DNA of 64,000 nt from contig MU056050.1 in NCBI GenBank assembly GCA_013239625.1, forward strand, positions 2,280,084-2,344,083, given 5' to 3'. The notes below the pieces were generated by a model, which saw nothing but the letters and a program-made list of their open reading frames with translations, did no database searches and had not been told where the DNA came from. Below are positions 41,314 through 64,000 of the stretch, in pieces (within the stretch, counting starts at the first letter, position 1; every line of letters starts with the position of its first letter). This DNA is from Lama guanicoe (Eukaryota). Position numbers and translations under genes: made by a program.

Positions 41314-42189
41314 CAACAGCACTCATTTGGCCTTTATTTCTCAAGCTAGGCTAGAAGCACCCTAGGTATAGGAATTAGGTCTTAATCCTTTATATACAGA
41401 ACAAAGATGCTTAAAAATAGCTATTGCTACACAAACACAGATTTCCTTTCAACATAAAGTATTTCTGTACAGTTAAATTCAAAGTTAATTTTTCCATCCT
41501 CAATGCATTTCTAGCCAAAAAGGCCAAAAGCAAAAGGTTACCTGTGTTCAGTAATTTGGGGGACAGAGAGACTAGATACCTATGCTAAGTACTAGTGACT
41601 TTTCACAACTATGTAATCTTTAAAATGTGAGTGCAACAACTGGAAAGCTCTTCCCTGAAATGTTTCAAACAAATGATTCTGAGGTGAACCTTATTTTCTC
41701 AATGTCAAAATCATTCTAACAATGTATCACTTCTTTGTATGCCAGGCACACTGTGGGTGCTCAAGTCACTGAATGGATCAGTCTACCACAAATAATCACT
41801 GTGCTCATCAATTTTTGCAAATTTAATTACCTGAAACAATGCATCAAGATTTATTATCTCTTTGCCAATTCTAAAATATGCTCAGCATTTATCAATTCTT
41901 TTTAAAATCACAGCCTTTATTTTCATTCTCTAAAAAAATTTAATTGGCATAAGTATCATTGGTTCCAAGGAACTGAAAAAAGTAAATGGATAATTCTAGG
42001 CATTTCAGCCCACTGTTCACACCAGGTACAGAGGTAAGTAAATAGGATTTTTTCATATTATTGGATGTCTGTCATTTGGAAACATTATAGTCCATGGACT
42101 AAGACAGAAATGAGAAGGACTAGGAACCTTATTGAATTATCTTTGCTAAGTTATTTTGAATAAGCAACAATATACACAATGATATACAA

Positions 42190-43022
42190 TGATTTGAGAA
42201 AACTATCGTTTATTTAGAAAAAAGGTTACACTGTAGAATTCAGTAGATAAAAAAGTTTTCTTTTAAAAATGTCACTGTGAACCTTTCCAGATGAAAGTTC
42301 AGCAATACAAAGCTCCTGCAGCTGTAGAATTAAAACACAATTAACTTTTTGTTTCCCCCCCCCCCCCCAGATTTTTCTAACATAATTACAAGAAAAAATG
42401 GCAAGGGACAAGTGAGTGCTGGTACCTTTTTCTTTTTTAAACAGGTTTTAATGTCATACACATACTATATAAAATGATTCCTAAGCATTGCATAAGACAT
42501 TTCTCCCACTTTGTTTTTACTGACTAATACTAAAAACAGGCCAAATAATGAATTAAAACTGTTGTAAAATGAGGTAAATTCAAAATGGTTCAATAATTGT
42601 TTATTTCGTTTCAAACAATAAAAAGGAAGCATTTCCAATTGAAAAACAAAAACAAACAAACAAAAAAAAAAACCCAAACCAAATACTAAACCCAGGCAAT
42701 ATTTAGTTAACCTAAAGTGAAATTCTGTACATATGTAACCTTATTTGCTTGTTGGAAACTGTATGCAGCACATTGTGCTAAAAATATGGAACAGTTAACA
42801 CTTTCAGCCATTTACTGAAAATAAACATGTAGAAACTAAGCAACAAGTTAAATACAGTAATGCACAACCTAACAATTTTAAGTGTTCGGCATGGAGCAAA
42901 AAAGCAGATTAACTGAATAATTTAAGGAGATGTAAATGGGCCCTCTTCATTCATAATTCTTGGCAATCTACTCAGGTAAATAAATTTCTGGTCACAGCTG
43001 AACAATTTCATTCCAATCTCAC
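42190..43022 (-). other. THOC2: THOC2 terminal non-coding exon (3'UTR); 3' end approximate
   Basis: Strong acceptor ctgtttctttcag|G at 43023-43024; AT-rich, repeat-free sequence; AATAAA at 42214-42209. Confidence 0.75.
42209..42214 (-). terminator. Probable main polyadenylation signal (AATAAA) of THOC2
   Basis: tttatt on the plus strand; on the minus strand it is followed by GU/U-rich sequence (attgtatatcattgtgtatattgttg). Confidence 0.65.
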
Positions 43023-43049
43023 CTGAAAGAAACAGAGTGATTATATTGA

Positions 43050-43208
43050 CAGATAAGAAAGTAAGGAAGAAAAGAAGGAAGTGTGGTAGGGGGATGGAAG
43101 GGGGAAGGAGGGACTAATGAAAGGAGGAAGGAGAGACGGAAGGAAGTAGGGAAGAATGAAGGAAGAAGGAAAGAAGGAAGGAAGGAAGACTTAAGAAAGA
43201 AAGAAAAA
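43050..43208. repeat. Purine-rich (GGAA/GAAA-type) low-complexity tract
   Basis: gaaggaaagaaggaaggaaggaag and similar, directly visible. Confidence 0.85.
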
Positions 43209-43989
43209 TCAATGAGTTGTCAATAACAAAGACTTGAATTAAGTTCCTAGATAAAGATGAAATATTTGTGTACTTCTTATTACCCACTCTTAGAAACCAT
43301 TAATGATAGGCACACTATGATGATTTAAAAAAAAAAACCACTGAACATTTTGTCTGAGAGAGAGGGGTGAAGGGGGTAAGGGAGGGAGTGGAGGGAGGAA
43401 AAAAATGAAACAGAAACAAGTAAAACATTCCACAGGGACAAGCAATAGCTTGTCAAAAGTAAACAGAACACATAGCAATGAAAAGGAACCAATTTTACAT
43501 GATCAACAAAAAAGAGAAAAATGACATCACATTTTTCACAAGGACATGATTTTAATAGTAACTTATATTAAGATGCAATGTCTGCTAAATTATAAAAATT
43601 GCTTTAAAAATATATTGACTTAATTATACTCATTTCCTTTATGTATTGACATTTTTTCAAATACTGCATATTGAAATAAATTCAGAACATGATCATTACA
43701 ACATGTGGCAAATAACTTCATATCTGCCTAACATTGTTCTCAAATTTTAAAGTAATGCTTAACGCATTAGACTTTATTGATGAAAATAGTACATTCACAT
43801 ATTTCATAAAACCAGAGCTAGAAGGGCCTTCGAAAATAATCACACTTGCATGATATGCTGACAAATAATTTACATATTGTTTCTATACAGCATTCTGTTC
43901 ACACCATGTATCATCTTGACATTACCAATTATAATTATAGATACACTAATGTTGAACTTACAATTTTAATACTTAAAAATCATTGTTCC

Positions 43990-44425
43990 TGTTCATCACT
44001 GATGAATGGATAAACAAAATGTGGTACACATTCATACAATGGAATATTATTCAGTTCTAAAAAGAAATGAAGTTCTGGTACAGGTTACAACATGGATGAA
44101 CCTTGAAAACATGATGCTAAATCAAAGAAGCCAGACACAAAAGGCTACATATTGCATGATTTCATTCTTACGAAATGTTCAAAATAGGTAAATTCATTGA
44201 GACAGAAAATACATCAGTTATTTCAAGGGACTAGGGGAAGGAGAGAATCGGGAGTGACTGCTAACAGGTGTGGGGCCTCTTTTTGGGGTGATGGAAATAT
44301 TCTGGAATTAGTGGTGATGGTTACAACATGATGAGTATACTTTAAAAAAACCAAAAAAAAAAAAAGAAAAAATGGCAAATTTTACATCATGTGAGTTTTA
44401 CCTCAATTTTTTTAACTGCAAAAAA
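43990..44425 (+). mobile_element. L1MB-like 3' end in the last THOC2 intron
   Basis: HTMEYYSVLKRNEVL...TTWMNLENMML peptide; ttttggggtgatggaaatattctggaatta; ttttacctcaat end. Confidence 0.85.
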
Positions 44426-44474
44426 GGTCAATGTTTCAGTAAAGAGTACCATGATATCAGTATGGCCATAACTA

Positions 44475-45357
44475 GAATAAGAAATGGGTTCTCAATCATG
44501 AAGATGTCACAATTACTGGGCAAGGGAAATTCTGATGGTGTATTTAAGGACACATTAAAGGATAAAACTGCTATTGCTGTTAAAACATGTGAAGATGATC
44601 TCTCCCAGGAACTGAAATTAAAAATTTTACAAGATGCCAAAATCCTCAAGCAATATAATAATCCCAATATTGTCAAACTTATAAGAGTTCGCACACAAAT
44701 ACAGCCTATCTACATAATTAAGGAACTGGTTCCAGGAGTTGATTTCCTCTCCTTTCTGAGAAAGAAGGGTGAACTGAAACAGTTAGTAAAATTTTCATTA
44801 GATGCTGCTTCTGGATGGTGAATCTTGAGTAAAAATTGTATACACAGGGACCTTGCTGCAAGAAACTGCCTGGAGGTGAAAATAATGTTCTGAAAATCAG
44901 TGACTTTGGAATGTCTCGTCAAGAGGATGGTGATGTGTATTCATCTTCTGATTTAAAGCAGATTCCCATTATATGGACAGCACCAGAAGCTCTTAATTAT
45001 GGGAGATACCGTTCTGAGAGTGACGCATGGAGCTTTGGCATCCTCCTCTGGGAGACCTTCAGCTTAGGGGTCTGTCCATACCCTGGAATGACAAATCAGC
45101 AAGCACAAGAGCAAATGGAAAGAAGATACTGGACGTCAGTCTCTCAGCAGTGTCCAGAACGTATTTATAAAATAACGCTGAAGTTCTGGGATTACAAACT
45201 TGAAAACCGCCCCGAGTTCAGTGAACTTCATAAAGAACTGCCATCAAGAAGAAAGTCACATAGTGATGAAACAGTGCCAAACTCAGACTTCAGGATTCTG
45301 TCTTCCAGCAGAGTAATATTTTCTTCTCATTAACAATAAGTTTATACCACATTACCT
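44475..45357 (+). pseudogene. Processed pseudogene of FER tyrosine kinase (kinase domain plus start of 3'UTR), antisense within the last THOC2 intron
   Basis: Intronless FER-like peptides spread over shifting frames: [92 protein letters not shown]. Several frameshifts and deletions; parental-type stop TAG at 45261-45263. Confidence 0.93.
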
Positions 45358-48300
45358 GAAATATTCTTCTAAGGTTATTTTTTTATGAACTATTTTTTTT
45401 CAATACGTGCAACTTTAACCATTGTAAATAAGAAAGCACAGGCTCTAAGTGCAAGAGATCCCACAGATCTACCTTTTTCACACCTAGGACTGTTGACGTT
45501 TCTGAAAGGGTTTCTACTTCAGGTTCAGTTCAGAGCTGGCTATCCTCCATTCTAGACATCTCTACTTTCTTGGTGCTGTAAAACTCCATTGGTAATACCA
45601 AGTTTGCAGGACAAACTCCAACAAAAGATGGCCTTCCACTATGCTAAGACAAGATTACAAGTGTCAATATCACTTTCTATTGTGAACTATCTAGACATCC
45701 TCGGGTTTTCTTCTTCTTTTTTTTTTTCCTTTTTGCCAGAAATAGGCCCTGTTGTATTAGTAAGGTTGTCATTTTCCTATGTTCCACCATACCCTCCTCA
45801 TTTGTCAGGGCACCATAAAACTAATGCATGAAATGCCCTCAAAGAGCACCCTGTCTGAGTTGAGGCAGCTGATTTTAAATGACGTTGCTTCATAGAGAGC
45901 TGTGACAGGAAGAAGCAAGTTTGAAAGGTAAGGTGACCTGGAGAAAAGGGCAGCTAAACTGGTGATCAAAGTACAGAAGAAAGGCAAAGAGAAAATCAGC
46001 CTTATTATCAGAGGTATGCCTTTATACATACACATACACACACACACAAATTTTTGATCAAATTCATGAAAAAGGTCCTAAGAAATATTTCAATAGTTCA
46101 TAGATTCCTCATAAAAGAGCCCTCTGGATGGCAACAGAATTTATTTTGAGAAACTATAAAATAAAGCCCACTGAATTATAGATTACTCTTGGTTAATCCT
46201 AGTAGGTACACACACACACACACACCCCTCAAGCAGAAAGGCACAAACGGATGAAGTTGACACTTAAAAAGTCCAATGAACATTTACAAGGAAGAAGGAA
46301 GTCACAGGAGAAAGACATAGGGACACCTACCCTAATTCCACTTGACTCCTTCACTTACCTTTATACAGCTGCACAGGAATCCTTATCATAACAAACACAC
46401 TTACTGAGGTGGTCCATGTAGATAAAAATGGAACAGAGTTAAAACTAGGATTCTGCTGAACTGACTCTTAGCACATCCAGGGGTGCCTCTCAGGATAAAT
46501 GTGTAGGGAATAGTCATACTCAGGGGTACATGTGGCATGGGAGCCTTTTGGAAGTGCTCGTGCCTATGTCCAGATGAAGAACAGCACAGCACCTGAGTGA
46601 ATATTTGGTCTGCCTTAAGTGGAAGAAAGGCAATAGAAAATTCCTCCTGTTCTCTCCAACTGGTGCTTGTGAATATCAACGCACAGAATGCATACCTCAT
46701 GCGTTAAAGGATGATTATGAAGAGAAAAGTAGTTAGGATCTATCATTTCAATCTCCTAAAAAAACTTTTGTACACATTTAATGATTGCTACGTACAGACC
46801 CAGATGAAACCATAATAAACCTGCCCTTCAAAAACATGTCACAGCACACAAAGCAACTTCTTTAACAGTACACTAGCAAATGCTAAAAATAAACTGAACC
46901 CTCTTTTTTTGAGGGCAAAAAAGGTCAATGATGTTTCTCCTCAATCCCAAAGAGATATACTTAATACTTCTGGACATAGCCCTCTGTGTAAAGTTAACAG
47001 GGTATCTGAAACAGGTAAAAAAAGAAAAATACTTGGTTGTTTGATTAGAAGGAACGGATGAAGTTATTGCCTTCAACAAGATCACAGTCTAAGGAGAGGG
47101 AAATGCCACACTCTCATATATACATAGAAATCAATGACTGTGACCAACACACGTGCATAAGCAATGGGCAAGTCCTGAGAAAGAAACTTAACTGAACACT
47201 CCCTACTCCAACACATATTACCAGCAACTAGGACTGTGCCTCAACATGGTAACACATTCCTAAAATAAGCAATCTGAGCGCTTATGAGATCAGCTTCCAA
47301 GCACAGACTGAAGAAAAAAGGCTCAGAACAGAAATGACGAAATCAATTCTTTCAGGGGCTAGTGTATAATGAAAACAAATGAAGTGAGCTTTTTCCAGTG
47401 GGAACTGACTGAGGTAAACTATTAAAAAAGACCCACTCTCTATTTAAGGGAGACAGGCACGTAGGCAGGTGCCATGCAAAAATCAGAACATAATGTTGCC
47501 AGAAGTTCCAATTCCTCAAAACAAAATGAAATTTGAGTTTCTGTCAACTCTTCTGATTTTTTTAAAGGCAACCAATTTTTTTAAATGTTTAATAGCACAC
47601 GAGGCCATAAAGGTAAAGCCACGTTCTGCCTAAGAGCTGAGAATTTGCAACTTTGGGTTTAAACGATAAAAGAGATTGGTTACACATAAAAGACTAGAGG
47701 TGAGAGATGTAAAATATATTAGACTTCGTTGGAGTGGAGGATTGGAATAGGAATATAGCATACTACAAACACAGATGGACAGGACAGAGCTAACTGCTAA
47801 TGTTCTTTGAAATGAAGAACCAAGAATCCAAAACCAAAGTGCAAGAAAACTGAGCTTTTCAAAATCTAGAAGGAAGTCTCAGTTTAGCACAGCATCTGGT
47901 TCACAAAAGGACTCTCAAAAGTTAGCTGAACTCATGAATTGAGGGCCATACATAGCAAATTAAAATTGAGAAGTTAAAGAATGGTTCTAAATGGAAATTT
48001 TTCATAGACAGGAATTGGAGAAAAGGTTAAAGGCCAAGCAGCTAGTAGCGTTGAAGAGACTAAATCAAACAGAAGGTGAATTTGGGCAAAGACTTTAGCA
48101 ATAACAAGTAACAGAAAGATACAGAGAATAAGCAGAAAGGATTTGGAAACTAAAAATTATGAGACAGGAAAAGAAGACAGAAGACATTGGAAGAAATTTA
48201 ATCAAGGTCATTTATATACTGTATTTTCTTAACTCTAACATGATCATTTTAATATTTCTGAAATCAGGGTGATACAAACCAATGTCATTTCTCTATCCAC

Positions 48301-50343
48301 CTTTCTCAGAAGACAGTTCTAGAAACCAATAATGAATCTTACAATTAATGACAACTTTGAATCATGGAAATGTGACATATGTAGCTGCTCTCTTTTCTGT
48401 AGAATATAAAATAAATAAGAGAGGGAGCAGAAGCAGCAGATTTGAACTTGCTTAAAGGTAAATGGTGCCAATCAGAAATGATGAGACCTCTACATGAAAA
48501 GGAAGTACAACAGAAAGATTTTATCAACCCTAGTATATATCCAACAGAAGGAAGCAGCCAGGACAGCCAGAAAAAAGGAAAAAAAATCAACCAGTTCCTC
48601 ACAAAATTAAGAGTCTACCCAAGAAGAGAGTATAGTACATAGCTGATAACAAAAAACTGAACAGGATGAACATCAAGCTAACTATATCTTCAAAAGATAT
48701 CTGAATAGAGAAGTGTTGCTACAAAGACCAGCAACCTAATACCTTTTTCTGCCTTTGGTCCTGAGAGATTATACAAATCCATGGCCAGTGTGAATGAGAA
48801 CCCAAGGAAATCTGTAGCATAACCTTCACAAATGAAGAATAATATTTAGGTACTAAGTAAATGTATGAAATCGCAGTGAAAGCTGTCAGTGACAATGGTT
48901 GGCCCATTCTAATGAAGATACAAGAGGTAGGGTTTTTTGTTTGTTTATTTTCTTTAATAAGGGGACCATGTGAAAGAGAGAAGTAAAAAGCCAAATGCCA
49001 AACGAAAAGGAAGGTTATGGTAACGAATGAAAAAAGATTAAGAGTTTATAGTTCACTAGGGAAGACAGCTAGTTGTTGGGGTAGGGGATGGCCAGAATTT
49101 TTAAATAGGTAATATTTCTTTTATAATCTTTTTAATTTAAAAAAATCTACTAAATTCTAAACGCTCTCTCATGACTCTCATCTACTCTACTACTTAGATA
49201 ATAAGCACAGAATAACAAAGCAGAGAAAGCACACTATTTGACAGAAAGTTACCTATCTGGCAACCTCAAATCCCTGCTTTGCAGCCAAAATAAGTATGAC
49301 AAAATCTATACCATAAAGCTCATACCTTTATACAGAACAGGCTCTCAGACATTTCTCATTCTTAAACAACTGTAAACAGCTTTTGCTATCTATCTGGTTT
49401 CATAAAAGATTAGAAGCAGTGAATATTAGGGAGAGGGTAGAGACAGCGAGTCTACTTAATGTCATTAAAAAGTGACAGCTAATATGGAAGCAAGAAAATT
49501 GGCTATAAAAGAGTCAACAAGTTCAAATACAGCCATCTTGAAACATTAAAAGCAAAGAGCAAATCATCCTACATACCTCAATAATCCTAAGGCGCCACCG
49601 AACAGTAACTATTCAAATCATGATCTGAGTGCTCAGAAAAGACTGTATTAAGGCTGTGAACACTCCACACACAATTTTTTTAAGATGGATGAAACACTTT
49701 TAAAATCTCACATAAAGTGTAACTACTTTGAAAACAAAGCTTCATATTTTAAATTCCAGAACTAAAAGCACAGATCATATTTTTGGCTTTGCAAAACATG
49801 GACAGTGGTATTTGAGAGGCACAAAAAACAAAAATCTCTGGATAATATCTCTGCATGAAAGGCAAAAAGAAGATCAGAGAACACTAAAGGGCAAGAAGAC
49901 CTACGTTTGCGTATTGGCTTGTCAGCTAATATCTCTGTCACCCTCTTCAACTTAACCTCTCAGAGTTTCTTCACTTGTAAAATTCGGATACCACCACTAC
50001 CTACAAGGCAATACAGGTACTTAAAAAAAAAGTAATTAATTATCCAGAGAAGATGGGAATGAGCGGTGAAGAGAAAACCAGATGTTTTTAAACACATCTT
50101 GGTGCTAAAAAAAAAAAAGTGTGGCTAATCAGCAAGCTTAAAATGAAAACAGTTTAAAAATTAACCATGAATCCTGTTTTGCATCTTAACCCAAATACCT
50201 GATCATTATATTCAGGTGAAAAATTGTAGTTGTCATCTTGAAAAATTGATCTAGTTTCTTCAACATTATCAGACCTCATTTTACATTTCTAGCTTTAAAT
50301 GAAAAGGAGGTGAGAGAATACTCACCTTGACTGAAAGTCTTCA

Positions 50344-63131
<12,788 letters not shown>

Positions 63132-63734
63132 CTACAGAAAAAATGTTTGAAAAATAAAAATAAATCAAGGTCAAAATTAATTCAACATTAAAAGATCATG
63201 TTATAGCAAATCATAATCAACTAAACAAGTAACTTTAGTCAAAATGCATCTTCCCTTTCTATATTCACAATTCCAGAGACCTTCAATGATTTTGGCTTTT
63301 GTGAGGAAACAGCACATTCATAAAGCAACAATAACAACAGTAAACACTTTTATAAAGAAAGCTGCTTTATAATGACAGAAGAAAAAACTAACATTATTAT
63401 TATTACATCATAACTTCTTTAACAAAGATTCAGCCATAGGTATTACTGGGGTTAAGGGGAAAGTAAGCAGAGGCGAGGCTGACAGAAACCAGAAATAGGC
63501 AGCTGATAGGCTGTAACACATATTATATTTTTAAACAACAAAATGCAGTAAATTCGTTATTAAGAAAAAGGCCAGATGCAAAAACCTGTGAATGACCACA
63601 CTGAAAAGCATCCCTGCTTTTATATATGTGTGAAAGTGTAAGCTTTTTGTTGTTTTTTGAGGGGGGTGAAGGTTAAGAATGGAGAGGAGAGTTCTATCTA
63701 TTACACAAACATATAAACCCAAACATTGAGTTAA

Positions 63735-63972
63735 CGGATTAACTAGGGGTGTTTATTATGTATCAGGCACTATTCAAAGTGCTTTTGTGTGTAGTGACTC
63801 ATTTAATCCTCAAAACAATCTTATGAAGCAGATACTATCATCCCATTTTACAGATAGAAAACTGAGGCACAGAGAGGTTAAAAAAAACTTGCCAAAGATC
63901 ATATAGCTAGAAAGTAGCAGAGCTAGGATTCAAGTTCAGGCACTTGGCTCTTGAGTTCATGCTTTTAACCAC
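63735..63972 (-). mobile_element. MIR SINE
   Basis: cccattttacagatagaaaactgaggcacagagaggttaa core. Confidence 0.85.
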
Positions 63973-64000
63973 ACACACAATAATACCTCTACAGATTATA

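Noticed and set aside
44372..45333. ORFs 44372..44821 and 44836..45333 as functional kinase genes
   Set aside because: They are frameshifted pieces of one FER retrocopy. The first starts inside an L1 tail, and the HRDLAARN motif lies in neither ORF's frame.

Overview
Mammalian genomic DNA with no prokaryotic features. The right third (~42,190-63,131, minus strand) holds the 3' part of THOC2 (THO complex subunit 2, X-linked in eutherians). I traced 13 coding exons by hand; they join in frame into 1,725 nt (574 codons plus stop, ending ...KEEKKHHKSSDKHR*), followed by one fully non-coding terminal exon. This stretch contains a GC-AG intron, a U12-type AT-AC intron, and a 3'UTR intron starting 18 nt after the stop codon. 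That last intron carries an antisense processed pseudogene of the FER tyrosine kinase domain. The left ~42 kb looks intergenic and is dominated by transposon relics: young 5'-truncated L1 copies with target-site duplications, older L1/L2/MIR, ERVL/MaLR LTRs and hAT-Charlie elements. The style of the L1 3' ends and the lack of recognisable Alu, B1, Bov-tA, PRE-1 or Can-SINE copies suggest a cetartiodactyl, possibly a camelid (inference). I found no convincing new biological system. The best leads are the non-canonical and alternative splicing around the THOC2 C-terminus (several candidate NMD switches), a small L1 3' transduction and a four-layer nested transposon. Repeat family names and protein identities come from my recall of consensus sequences, not from a database search, and boundaries of old repeats are approximate.
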